Assembly (NCBI RefSeq): GCF_000195855.1
Contig: NC_002677.1
Location: forward strand, 2,310,001-2,342,000
Length of the DNA: 32,000 nt
From: Mycobacterium leprae TN
GTDB lineage: Bacteria > Actinomycetota > Actinomycetes > Mycobacteriales > Mycobacteriaceae
Direction: 5' to 3'
The translations under genes were made by a program, and so were the position numbers. Shown piece by piece: positions 12,199 to 21,775 of this stretch. Within the stretch, counting starts at the first letter, position 1, and the number at the start of each line of letters is the position of its first letter. The notes under the pieces are model-generated. The model ran no database searches, was not told the origin of the DNA, and was given only the letters and a program-made list of their open reading frames with translations.

Positions 12199-13269
12199 TT
12201 ATCCGTGCCGGAACTCCACCACATCGCCGTCGGCCATCACGTAGTCCTTGCCTTCCGTTCGGACCTTACCTGCCGCCTTTGCTGCCGACATTGACCCGGT
12301 AGCGATCAGGTCGTCATACGACACGATCTCGGCTTTAATGAAACGCTTCTCGAAGTCGGTGTGAATCACCCCGGCTGCCTTCGACGCGGTATCGCCCTGA
12401 TGGATGGTCCATGCCCGCACCTCCTTTGGTCCCACCGTCAGAAAAGTCTGCAGCGCCAGCGTGCGGAAACCGGCGCGAGCCAGGGCATCGAGCCCCCGCT
12501 CGGTCTGCCCGATTGACTCGAGTAGCTCAGCGGCCGACTCGTCATCCAATTCAGCCAGCTCGGCCTCGATGGCGGCGTCCAAGAACACCGCATCCGCGGG
12601 CGCGACGAGCTGGCGCAGCTCAGCTACCCATGCGGCAGCGGTCAGCACTGCCTCGTCAGCATTGAAAACGTAGAGGAACGGTTTGTTGGTCAGCAGATTC
12701 AGCTCCCGCAGCGCAGATCCGTCTACACCGGCGGCGAATAACGTCGTCCCGACGTTTAACACCTGTTGTGCGTTGATTGCCGCGGCGTAGATGGGTTTGC
12801 GTTCCTTGTGGTTGCGAGCTTCTTTCTCCAGCCGCGGCAGAGCCCGCTCAAGGGTGTCCAGGTCAGCCAGGATCAATTCAGTATCGATAATCCCGATATC
12901 AGACTGGGGATCCACGCGTCCTGTGACATGTGTGATGTCGTCGCCGGAGAACACCCGAACCACTTGGCAGATTGCGTCGCATTCGCGGATATGGGCCAGA
13001 AACTTGTTACCAAGCCCGGCCCCCTCGGACGCACCCTTTACCAGGCCGGCAATGTCAACGAAGGTCACCTGGGCCGGCAGGATACGCTCCGATCCGAACA
13101 ACTCGGCTAGTTTGGCCAGCCGCGGATCAGGCAGGGAGACGACGCCCTCATTCGGTTCGATCGTTGCAAACGGATAGTTGGCAACCACCACATTGCTCCT
13201 GGTCAACGCGTTGAACAATGTCGACTTGCCGACGTTGGGTAGACCCACGATTCCCAAACTCAGGCTCAC
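12199..13269 (-). CDS. ychF: Ribosome-binding ATPase YchF / EngD
   Basis: 356-aa ORF: MSLSLGIVGLPNVGKSTLFNALT, VDIAGLVKGASEGAGLGNKFLAHIRECDAI, NADEA, RTLALQTFLTVGPKEVRAWTI, C-terminal TGS domain HTDFEKRFIKAEIV. Confidence 0.97.
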   Translation of the reverse strand: MSLSLGIVGLPNVGKSTLFNALTRSNVVVANYPFATIEPNEGVVSLPDPRLAKLAELFGSERILPAQVTFVDIAGLVKGASEGAGLGNKFLAHIRECDAICQVVRVFSGDDITHVTGRVDPQSDIGIIDTELILADLDTLERALPRLEKEARNHKERKPIYAAAINAQQVLNVGTTLFAAGVDGSALRELNLLTNKPFLYVFNADEAVLTAAAWVAELRQLVAPADAVFLDAAIEAELAELDDESAAELLESIGQTERGLDALARAGFRTLALQTFLTVGPKEVRAWTIHQGDTASKAAGVIHTDFEKRFIKAEIVSYDDLIATGSMSAAKAAGKVRTEGKDYVMADGDVVEFRHG

Positions 13270-13319
13270 AGGGAACCAAGTCTAGAGTTCAGCTCAACAA
13301 TGGTCGGTCCCCGGCTGGG

Positions 13320-14552
13320 ATGGAACGCCCGAATGAATACATGGCACGCCAGAGGTCAATACTAAATAAAGTATTTACGGGCTTTTCGGCCTATTGCCGG
13401 TACGGTCAACATGTGTCGAAACAACAAGCTCGGTCAACAGTGGAATCTACCTACCGCTCAATCCTCCCGAATATCCCAGGTGTGCCGTGGTGGGCAGCCC
13501 TGCTTATCGCTACGACCGCGTCGGCGATCGGATATGCAATCGACGCGGGTAATACGGACCTGACCACTGTCTTCACCGGTTTTTACATTACGGGGTGCGT
13601 AGCAGCAGTGCTGGCGGTGCGGCAATCGGGACTGTTCACCGCAGTCATTCAGCCGCCGCTGATACTATTCTGTGCGGTACCCGCCGCCTACTGGCTGTTC
13701 CACGGCAGCAAGATCAAAAGTCTCAAGGACCTCCTGATCAACTGCGGCTATCCCCTTATTGAGCGTTTCCCGCTTATGTTAGGTACCGCCGGTAGTGTGC
13801 TGCTGATCGGCCTGGTCAGGTGGTTCTTTCAGCTAATGTACCGGACAACCGCATCGTCAAACAGCGAGGACGACACCGTTAGCAAGCCAAACTCTTTGAT
13901 CAGCGGCATCACTGCGGTACTGAACTCGATTCTCTGCATCTATTCCAACGACCAGAATCATCGGGCCAACCAAGACACCGCCGACACGGAGCTAATGCAT
14001 TCAGATCCTCCCCTGAGAACCCGACAAACAGCCCGGGACAATCGTTCCGCCCGAACCCACTCCGGACAGGCTCGACGTGTGGTGGAGTACACAAGCGAAC
14101 CGTTGGTCGAGCCCTGGCAGCACTCAAGCCAACGTTCCTCGGAGCAAGCCCGCGACTTTGACGCCGGCGAGTCACCTCGTCGATCACGTCGCCAACCTAC
14201 GCCGCAGAGTGATCCAGAGCTGCGTAGCCAGCCACCACGAGAAATCCGTCGAGACGCTTACGGACACCGCAGCGGTCCCTACGAGTGGCCGACCAACCAT
14301 AGCAGCCACTTGGAGCCATACAGAAGGTACAAGCAACCCGGACCACCCGAGCACTTCACTGAGCACGGGCAGCTCTACGAACGCTACAAGCAGCCGCGCC
14401 GTCGGGCCACACCACCCAGAGCAAGCAGCGTCAACCCGATCTCGCAGGTCCGCTACCGCGGGTCAACCGCCCGAGACGATCCTCGTGTCGACCGACAACG
14501 ATCCCAGACACCCCGCCGACCCGTGACCGAATCCTGGGAATTCGACGTTTGA
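13320..14552 (+). CDS. Conserved mycobacterial membrane protein with DUF6542-like N-terminal domain (Rv1111c-like)
   Basis: ORF open from 13218; start likely at 13320 or later because the first part overlaps ychF. Hydrophobic region VPWWAALLIATTASAIGYAIDAGN...FYITGCVAAVLAVRQSGLFTAVIQPPLILFCAVP followed by Arg/Pro-rich tail. Confidence 0.78.
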   Translation: MERPNEYMARQRSILNKVFTGFSAYCRYGQHVSKQQARSTVESTYRSILPNIPGVPWWAALLIATTASAIGYAIDAGNTDLTTVFTGFYITGCVAAVLAVRQSGLFTAVIQPPLILFCAVPAAYWLFHGSKIKSLKDLLINCGYPLIERFPLMLGTAGSVLLIGLVRWFFQLMYRTTASSNSEDDTVSKPNSLISGITAVLNSILCIYSNDQNHRANQDTADTELMHSDPPLRTRQTARDNRSARTHSGQARRVVEYTSEPLVEPWQHSSQRSSEQARDFDAGESPRRSRRQPTPQSDPELRSQPPREIRRDAYGHRSGPYEWPTNHSSHLEPYRRYKQPGPPEHFTEHGQLYERYKQPRRRATPPRASSVNPISQVRYRGSTARDDPRVDRQRSQTPRRPVTESWEFDV

Positions 14553-14562
14553 GTCCGGTCGC

Positions 14563-15570
14563 TTAGTGCGCAGACCGGATCTCCCGGGGCAGCGCAAACA
14601 CCAGTGCCTCGTTGGCAGTCGTCACTGACTGAACCACATCGTAGCCGCGTTCAGCCAACCACTTCAGTACGCCTTGCACTAGTATATCGGGAACAGATGC
14701 CCCCGAGGTGACACCCACTGTCGTGACCCCGGCCAGCCACGCCGGGTCGATATCCTTGGCCCAGTCAACCAGGTACGCGGCACCAGCGCCGCTACCCATT
14801 GCCACCTCAACCAGTCGCACCGAATTCGAGGAATTTCGAGACCCGACGACGATGACCAGCTCGCACTCGGGAGCCATCGCCTTGACCGCGACCTGCCGGT
14901 TCTGGGTAGCATAGCAAATGTCGTCGCTAGGTGGGTCTTGCAACTTCGGGAAGCGCTGCCGCAACCGCTCGACGATCCGCATGGTCTCGTCCACCGACAG
15001 CGTGGTCTGTGACAACCAGACCACCTTGTTCTCGTCGCGAACCACTACCTGCTGCACAGCGGCCAGCCCGTCGACAAGTTGCACATGCGTGGGCGCCTCT
15101 CCGGCGGTTGCGATGACTTCCTCGTGGCCCTCATGCCCGATCAGCAGGATGTCATAATCGTTACGGGCGAACCGCTTGACCTCGTTGTGCACCTTGGTGA
15201 CAAGCGGACAAGTGGCGTCAATGGTCCGCAGATTCCGCTCGGCCGCGGCCGCATACACCGTTGGTGCGACCCCGTGAGCGGAGAAAATCACGATGGCGCC
15301 CTCGGGAACGTAGTCGGTCTCCTCGACAAAAACCGCACCGGCCCTTTCCAAGGTCTCGACCACGTGCCGGTTATGTACGATCTCATGGCGCACATAGACG
15401 GGGGGGCCATACTTCCGCAGCGACCGCTCGACCGTTTCGACGGCGCGATCCACCCCTGCGCAGTAGCCACGCGGTTCGGCCAACAGGACCCGTTTGCGCT
15501 TTAGGTTTTCAACTATTGACCTCGAAGCACCGGGAATTCCCATGTTCACAGTTGGCGGCATGCCCTTCAC
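14563..15570 (-). CDS. ispH: 4-hydroxy-3-methylbut-2-enyl diphosphate reductase
   Basis: 335-aa ORF: [102 protein letters not shown]. Confidence 0.97.
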   Translation of the reverse strand: MKGMPPTVNMGIPGASRSIVENLKRKRVLLAEPRGYCAGVDRAVETVERSLRKYGPPVYVRHEIVHNRHVVETLERAGAVFVEETDYVPEGAIVIFSAHGVAPTVYAAAAERNLRTIDATCPLVTKVHNEVKRFARNDYDILLIGHEGHEEVIATAGEAPTHVQLVDGLAAVQQVVVRDENKVVWLSQTTLSVDETMRIVERLRQRFPKLQDPPSDDICYATQNRQVAVKAMAPECELVIVVGSRNSSNSVRLVEVAMGSGAGAAYLVDWAKDIDPAWLAGVTTVGVTSGASVPDILVQGVLKWLAERGYDVVQSVTTANEALVFALPREIRSAH

Positions 15571-15738
15571 GTTACTTCCCGTCGATAGAGTACTTTATCT
15601 GCCTACCTAGACGGCGCCTGGGTTTGATTGAGTAGCGATCCGCTGCACCCGGCTCCGGCACACTTACGATCATCACTAACGCCGTCAGCTGGCACCAATG
15701 ACTTGGAGTTGGCCGTAGGTTAAGGCAGTCTTAGACGT

Positions 15739-16356
15739 ATGGCTACTGCACCGTATGGGGTTCGGCTTTTAGTCGGCGCTGCGACAGTCGCTGTCGAAGA
15801 GACGTTGAAGTTGCCGCGAACCGTCCTAATGTGCCCCATGACGTTGGCCAGTCAAGTGGCACACATTGTGATGAGATTCCAGCAGAACCTGGCTGGGCTG
15901 GTGACTAAGGGCGACGGCACCCTAGAGACGCTGTTTCCAGCGAAAAGCGAACAACCGGAGTGGGCCACGTTTGATGAGGACTTGACTGACACAGTCGACG
16001 AAACCCCCACCCCATTGCCCGTAGGTGATGTCATCGAGATCGATTGCCGATCCGAGGAACGATTCGCCTTGTACTCGGTGTCCGACACATCTGAGCCTGA
16101 GGACGCCGATTCGTTGACTCAGTCCATGCCCACCAGGCACGTGAAGAAGGCGGCGGCTAAGCTGATGGTTCATGCACCGGAAGTTGCCGACGATATCGAC
16201 TATCCGGCTCTGACCCTGGCCCAGCTACGGGGCAAGCTGCAATCGCTGGATCTTGGCGAGCTCGAAGCCCTGCTGGTTTACGAGCAGGCCACCAAGGCTC
16301 GTGCTCCGTTCCAGACGCTGCTCGCCAACAGGATCACCAGCACGACTGCGAAGTGA
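15739..16356 (+). CDS. Lipid-droplet-associated protein-like (Rv1109c-like)
   Basis: 205-aa ORF: [61 protein letters not shown]; helical C-terminus; immediately upstream of xseA with 4-nt overlap. Confidence 0.8.
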   Translation: MATAPYGVRLLVGAATVAVEETLKLPRTVLMCPMTLASQVAHIVMRFQQNLAGLVTKGDGTLETLFPAKSEQPEWATFDEDLTDTVDETPTPLPVGDVIEIDCRSEERFALYSVSDTSEPEDADSLTQSMPTRHVKKAAAKLMVHAPEVADDIDYPALTLAQLRGKLQSLDLGELEALLVYEQATKARAPFQTLLANRITSTTAK

Positions 16357-17639
16357 CGGAAGCGGTGCCGACTGACTCAGTCGACTCGAAAGCCAGTTCA
16401 CAGGTAAATTCGGCCGAGAACCCGTTCCCAGTTCGCGCGGTGGCGCTCCGGATCGCGGGATGGATCGACAAGCTGGGCACTGTTTGGGTAGAGGGACAAT
16501 TGGCGCAAATCACCATGCGGCCCAACGCTAAGACCGTGTTCATGGTCTTACGTGACCCGGCTGCCGACATATCGCTGATTGTGACTTGCTCGCGCGACTT
16601 TGTGCTACGCGCGCCGGTGAAACTAGCCGAAGGCATTCAGGTAGTGGTATGCGGCAAACCCTCATTCTACATCGGGCGCGGAACATTTTCTTTGCGCCTC
16701 AGCGATATTCGCGCAGTCGGCATCGGAGAGCTGCTAGTACGCATCGATCGGCTACGCCGACTGTTGGACTCTGAGGGGCTCTTTGACCCACGGCTTAAAC
16801 GGCCGATACCCTTCCTGCCCAACATGATCGGGATCATCACTGGCCGGGCCAGCGCTGCCGAACGCGATGTAACAACCGTGGCTAGCGCGCGCTGGCCTGC
16901 GGCGCGTTTCGCTATCCGCAACACCGCTGTCCAGGGGCCCAACGCGGTGAGCCAGATTGTCGAGGCGTTGCGGGAACTTGATCGCAACGTTGATGTCGAG
17001 GTGATCGTGGTTGCCCGAGGTGGTGGCAGCGTCGAGGACCTGCTGACGTTTTCCGATGAAACGCTGTGCCGCGCGATCGCAGCGTGCCGCACGCCGGTGA
17101 TCAGCGCAGTCGGTCACGAACCCGACAACCCGCTATGCGATCTGGTCGCCGATCTGCGCGCCGCCACGCCCACCGACGCCGCCAAGAAAGTGGTCCCGGA
17201 TGCCGCTGTCGAGCAGCGACTGATCGAGGACTTGCAGCGGCGCAGCGCGCAGGCACTCCGCAATTGGGTATCCCGCGAGCAGCGGACGCTAGTCCAACTA
17301 CGCAGTCGCCCAGTGCTGGCTGAACCGCTGCGGACGCTGACGACGCGCTCCGAAGAAATTCACCGCGCCCAGTCGGCGATTCGCCGCGAGATCATTCGGC
17401 TGGTCACCACCGAGACCGAGCGGGTCGGTCATCTGGCCACGCAGCTAGCCACATTGGGCCCGGCAGCCACGTTGGCGCGCGGCTATGCCATAGTGCAAGC
17501 CTTGGAAGACGGGACGCAAACCGTTACTGCGGCAGTGCTGCGGTCAGTCGATGATGCACCCACAGGCACCAGACTGCGGGTGCGGGTCTCTGACGGCGCC
17601 ATAGTGGCAGTTAGTGAAGGACGGGCCGATGGTCCCTGA
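16353..17639 (+). CDS. xseA: Exodeoxyribonuclease VII large subunit
   Basis: 428-aa ORF from GTG: [21 protein letters not shown]-like [76 protein letters not shown] overlap with upstream stop. Confidence 0.97.
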   Translation: MTEAVPTDSVDSKASSQVNSAENPFPVRAVALRIAGWIDKLGTVWVEGQLAQITMRPNAKTVFMVLRDPAADISLIVTCSRDFVLRAPVKLAEGIQVVVCGKPSFYIGRGTFSLRLSDIRAVGIGELLVRIDRLRRLLDSEGLFDPRLKRPIPFLPNMIGIITGRASAAERDVTTVASARWPAARFAIRNTAVQGPNAVSQIVEALRELDRNVDVEVIVVARGGGSVEDLLTFSDETLCRAIAACRTPVISAVGHEPDNPLCDLVADLRAATPTDAAKKVVPDAAVEQRLIEDLQRRSAQALRNWVSREQRTLVQLRSRPVLAEPLRTLTTRSEEIHRAQSAIRREIIRLVTTETERVGHLATQLATLGPAATLARGYAIVQALEDGTQTVTAAVLRSVDDAPTGTRLRVRVSDGAIVAVSEGRADGP

Positions 17640-17892
17640 AGACGATACCGCCGCGATGCGCTCCACTACTCCTATTAATACTACACCTATTAATCAACTT
17701 GGCTATGAAGCTTGCCGAGACGAGCTGATCGAAGTTGTGCGACTCTTGGAACAGGGTGGGCTAAATCTCGATATGTCGCTGAAGCTTTGGGAAAGAGGAG
17801 AACAGCTCGCTAAAAGATGTGAAGAGCACTTAGATGGCGCTCGCCAGCGAGTCGCCGATGTGCTCTCCGCCAGGCAGGTCGAAGAAGCCTAA
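17629..17892 (+). CDS. xseB: Exodeoxyribonuclease VII small subunit
   Basis: [51 protein letters not shown] is the characteristic XseB sequence; overlaps the xseA 3' end. A GTG start at 17614 is also possible. Confidence 0.94.
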   Translation: MVPEDDTAAMRSTTPINTTPINQLGYEACRDELIEVVRLLEQGGLNLDMSLKLWERGEQLAKRCEEHLDGARQRVADVLSARQVEEA

Positions 17893-17933
17893 TGCCGATC
17901 AAATTAAAGACCGGTTTCCTTTAACTTAAACAC

Positions 17934-19073
17934 GTGTCAGTTATGCTTCGCGGCGTGGGTAACGCATCGTTGACGACCGAGCTCGGACGCGTCTTGGTCA
18001 CCGGCGGTTCGGGCTTCGTCGGCGCTAATCTGGTGACCGCCTTGCTGGAACGCGGATACCAGGTACGCTCTTTCGACCGCGCCCCGATGCCGCTGCCGCA
18101 GCACCCGCAGCTGGAGGTGCTGCAAGGTGACATCACCGACGCTACGGTCTGCACTACAGCGATGGACAGCATCGATACAGTCTTTCACACCGCGGCAATC
18201 ATCGAGCTAATGGGCGGCGCTTCGGTGACCGACGAGTATCGGCAGCGCAGCTACACGGTCAACGTGGGCGGTACCGAAAACTTGCTCCGCGCAGGACAAA
18301 AGTCCGGAGTCAAACGGTTCGTCTACACCGCATCCAACAGTGTGGTGATGGGGGGCACTCCCATCACCGGGGGTGATGAAACAATGCCCTATACCAAGCG
18401 GTTCAACGACCTGTACACCGAAACCAAAGTGGTCGCCGAAAAATTCGTACTCTCACAAAACGGCGTACCCGATGGTGAAACCATGCTAACATGTTCGATC
18501 AGACCCAGTGGCATATGGGGTCGCGGCGACCAGACAATGTTCCGTAAGGCATTCGAAAGTGTCGTATCCGGTCACGTCAAGGTACTCATCGGGAGTAAGA
18601 ACGCCAAACTGGATAACTCCTACGTGCACAACCTGGTGCACGGCTTAATCTTGGCTGCCGAGCACCTGGTCCCAGGCGGCACCGCACCTGGACAAGCCTA
18701 CTTCATCAACGATGGCGAGCCGATCAACTTCTTCGATTTCATGGGGCCAATCATCAAGGCGTGTGGTGAAAATTGGCCACGGGTGCGGATCTCCGGTCGG
18801 CTGGTGCGCAACGTGATGGCTGTGTGGCAGCGGCTACACTTCGGCTTCGGGCTTCCGAAGCCTCCGATGGAACCGCTTGCGGTAGAACGAGTTTACCTCG
18901 ACAACTACTTTTCCATCGAAAAGGCGCACAAAGAGCTGGGCTATCGGCCGCTGTTCACTACCGAACAGGCCATGGCTGAATGTCTACCTTACTACACAGA
19001 GTTATTCGAACAAATCAAGGTGGCTGCCAAGCCCCATTTGGCATCCATAGCCGCCACCCCGCGGCCCGAGTAG
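17934..19073 (+). CDS. 3-beta-hydroxysteroid dehydrogenase / NAD-dependent epimerase family protein (Rv1106c-like)
   Basis: 379-aa ORF: GRVLVTGGSGFVGANLVTALLERGYQVRSFDR, FVYTASNSVVMGG, extended SDR organisation, PYTKRFNDLYTETKVVAEKFVL, CSIRPSGIWGRGDQTMF. Confidence 0.93.
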   Translation: MSVMLRGVGNASLTTELGRVLVTGGSGFVGANLVTALLERGYQVRSFDRAPMPLPQHPQLEVLQGDITDATVCTTAMDSIDTVFHTAAIIELMGGASVTDEYRQRSYTVNVGGTENLLRAGQKSGVKRFVYTASNSVVMGGTPITGGDETMPYTKRFNDLYTETKVVAEKFVLSQNGVPDGETMLTCSIRPSGIWGRGDQTMFRKAFESVVSGHVKVLIGSKNAKLDNSYVHNLVHGLILAAEHLVPGGTAPGQAYFINDGEPINFFDFMGPIIKACGENWPRVRISGRLVRNVMAVWQRLHFGFGLPKPPMEPLAVERVYLDNYFSIEKAHKELGYRPLFTTEQAMAECLPYYTELFEQIKVAAKPHLASIAATPRPE

Positions 19074-19079
19074 CGGGCG

Positions 19080-19940
19080 CACAAGCATTGAAACTGCAAG
19101 CTGTGCCAATATTTTCGGGTGGGTGCAACCGTTTAAGTGTAGCGGCAGCTCCGACGCATGAATGTGTTGCGCTACGTCCTCGGGCTTACCCTCAATGATC
19201 ATACGGATGATGATCACAGCCGAGTTTTTCGAGCTTGCGCCGCTGGTCCTGATCGCTGATGTACTGACCGGCGAGTTGGTGCGATGGTGATAGCCGTCAT
19301 ACTTGACAACCACCTTGTACTTCTACAAGACCATGTCGACAACGACAATCAGTCGCCAGTTTGGCTGCACAGGTATTTGCGTGGTGGGAATGGGCAGATA
19401 GGCGTCGATCAGCAGTAAGCGCAGCTACATCTCCTTGGGCGACGCGGCGCCCGGATCGGTCAGTGGCACCGTCGCGTGTAACCTACGCAGGCGCTCGCGC
19501 ACCCGGGTATCGCTTGGCTAGCAGCACGTCCTAGCTCGAATACGGCGTTGCCTGCATCAGTGTGTCGAGCCGCGTAACCGCCTTGCCGGTGGGCAATTGT
19601 ACGGCTAAGTCAAACGCCGTTTTTGCGCAAGTGGTCACCAGCAGACCGACGATACGGGTAATCTCGTCCGACTTGACTCGCTGATTACGGGTGATCACGC
19701 CGATCGGGGGATGTGGTTACGCCAGATCAATTCGATGGACTCATCGTCGTCATTACAATCCGAACCGTGCAGCGCCGCCGCGGCAAGACCGGCCAGGACG
19801 TCGCGTCGACCAGAACCACAACCACGCCCCAACCGAACACGTTCGCAGCGATGACGAGGTGCAATCCTGCAGATAAATATCGGGGTAGATCGCACGTAAC
19901 CCGGTTACATAACTGATACGTGCCTAGTCTACCCGGCCAC
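19080..19940 (-). pseudogene. Degenerate DUF559-family (endonuclease-like fold) protein
   Basis: Minus-strand pieces in order across frames: VLAGLAAAALHGSDCNDDDESIELIWRNHIPRS, RDEITRIVGLLVTTCAKTAFDLAVQLPTGKAVTRLDTLMQATPYSS*DVLLAKRYPGARERLRRLHATVPLTDPGAASPKEM*LRLLLIDAYLPIPTTQIPV, KYKVVVKYDGYHHRTN, QYISDQDQRRKLEKLG, EGKPEDVAQHIHA. Confidence 0.82.
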
Positions 19941-20005
19941 ACGGCCTAACGGCCCACAAAACGTTGTCCACAAAGGAAATGAAGTCACGACGGATCTGCA
20001 AGATT

Positions 20006-20058
20006 GTTGAATTGTACTTTGTGTGCATGTTCTGTTGTGGGGGTGGAGTAAAGGGTGG
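20006..20058 (+). repeat. Left arm of 53-bp inverted repeat
   Basis: Read directly; exact reverse complement of 20883-20935. Confidence 0.97.
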
Positions 20059-20882
20059 TGGGTCAGTGTATTGGCGGGTCGGTGCGTCAGGTCGCAAAGG
20101 TCGGTATCGATGCCGTGGTGATGCGGGTATGAGAGTCGTTTCGAGGTCTTGGTCTCACGCTGGGGTTGTACAGCGATTCTGTGGTAGGGCGTTGTCTTGT
20201 GGTTGATCATGGCCGCAGTGATCACATCAGTGCTGTGGTCCTTGGATAGGTGTAGCAGCTGCACGAATCCGCTACTTGTGTTCGGCCAGGGCGCCGATTT
20301 GGGGGTCTAATTTTTGCCGATGATTACATCATCCGCCCAATGCTATGAGGTTAGAGCACCACACGGTCGTGTAGTTTTCGCGGGACGTGCACTGGTGGTG
20401 GCCATACCTAGAGAATAATGGTGGTGCCCGGTTTTAGCGTGCTGTGCCCTCAGCGTGCGGAACATCCACCCAGTGCGCACATGTTGGTTGAGCTTGGACT
20501 CGATGTTGAAGTGTTTTATAGGACACCTGCATCTTTCGGGCCGGTCGGGATAGGTTTTGGGCCAACACCCCCACAATTTGTTCGGGACTGTACTTCTTGG
20601 CCAGCACACATGTCTATCTCCGTACGCAGCTGCCCACAACGCTCACCTTGCCGGCCTTTAAAGCCACTGGGCCCACTGCATAGCTAAGCAATACAAGCTC
20701 AGTAACCCGATTGAGCGTCTTAGCCAGCATAGTTGGTGTCGAATCAGTGCAACCCCCAAAGCAACCCGCAAACACGCGGGCCCCACCCTTGCTGGTGATC
20801 TCACGCACGATCCCCACCCCCACCCAACCCAAACGAACGGTTAACGATCGATCACATCAACTCACAACACTGCAACACACCG

Positions 20883-20935
20883 CCACCCTTTACTCCACCC
20901 CCACAACAGAACATGCACACAAAGTACAATTCAAC
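20883..20935 (-). repeat. Right arm of 53-bp inverted repeat
   Basis: Read directly; exact reverse complement of 20006-20058. Confidence 0.97.
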
Positions 20936-20989
20936 CCCGTCAATCCGAATACTCTACTTAGGCTTAAGGCAAAGTCCGAGTGAGGAATT

Positions 20990-21700
20990 CAATTCACCCA
21001 CTTACGGTCCTCGTAGGATGGCTCACCATCGACTTGGCGGATCTAATCGGTCAAGCACCAAATGCGCCGTCCTGATGAAACCATGTGGCCCGGTCTCGAG
21101 GCGATCTAGATCCCCTCGAACGGCGTCTCCGAGCCGCTGCTTGAGCATCGTAAACCGTTCGCACGGCAACATCCTGTCCTCACCGAACCGCAGTCCCATG
21201 ACGCACAACCCTTCATTGGCACACCTTCATTGGCACAGCGGTCGGAGACAACAATCAGATCGGAGGGACTCCATTCGAGATCGCTACGGCTCGCGGTGGG
21301 CAGCGGGATTGGTAGCGACGGCTTCCTGAACACCGTCGCCAGCGCAAAACCACCGGTTAAACACTGGCTGGTCACGCCGACACCCTTGCCCGGCGTTGAC
21401 ACGTTAAGGTCACGCGTCAACGCACGCAGAAACAGCACCACCGGACGCTGTTGATTGGTCGCAAATACCGTGAATTCCCTCGCTAAACAATCCCGTACGG
21501 TGGAGGCGATGGTGTAGCCGGCTCACATCATCTTACCCGACTCACCGAACAACGACGGGATGGTTACGATGAAACCGTTACCCACCAGGTGATTGCCCAG
21601 GACCGGCACACCGGGATGGATACAGGGCACCTCGGGAATCAGCACCGCTAATGGCCGGGGCCTTTGCGGCAGACGTCATGGATGTAGCTGGCTTCCGGTA
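20990..21700 (-). pseudogene. Degenerate dienelactone hydrolase-family protein
   Basis: Minus-strand: VLIPEVPCIHPGVPVLGNHLVGNGFIVTIPSLFGESGKMM*AGYTIASTVRDCLAREFTVFATNQQRPVVLFLRALTRDLNVSTPGKGVGVTSQCLTGGFALATVFRKPSLPIPL..., then, after a frameshift, CVMGLRFGEDRMLPCERFTMLKQRLGDAV. GVGV-x-x-x-C-x-TGGFAL is the nucleophile-elbow context of this family. Confidence 0.85.
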
Positions 21701-21775
21701 AAACGGTTTCACCGACCACTCGGACAGGTCCGCTTGAGGTGCAGGCACCAGGGTGCCCCTTAATCTGGTTTTACC

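Larger units (their letters stand above)
20006..20935. mobile_element. 930-bp segment bounded by perfect 53-bp inverted repeats; candidate dispersed repeat or non-autonomous element
   Basis: Left arm gttgaattgtactttgtgtgcatgttctgttgtgggggtggagtaaagggtgg is the exact reverse complement of ccaccctttactccacccccacaacagaacatgcacacaaagtacaattcaac on the right. No recognisable transposase between them. Confidence 0.7.

Noticed and set aside
13218-13319. Start of Rv1111c-like ORF at 13218
   Set aside because: It overlaps the beginning of ychF by 52 nt in divergent orientation; a later start is more plausible.
20343-20639. 98-aa minus ORF inside the inverted-repeat element as a transposase
   Set aside because: No DDE, HUH, serine or tyrosine recombinase motif is visible and the length is far too short.
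20006-20935. Assignment of the element to RLEP
   Set aside because: I did not find the diagnostic RLEP PCR primer sequences I remember inside it, and cannot confirm or exclude REPLEP, LEPREP or LEPRPT without a comparison.
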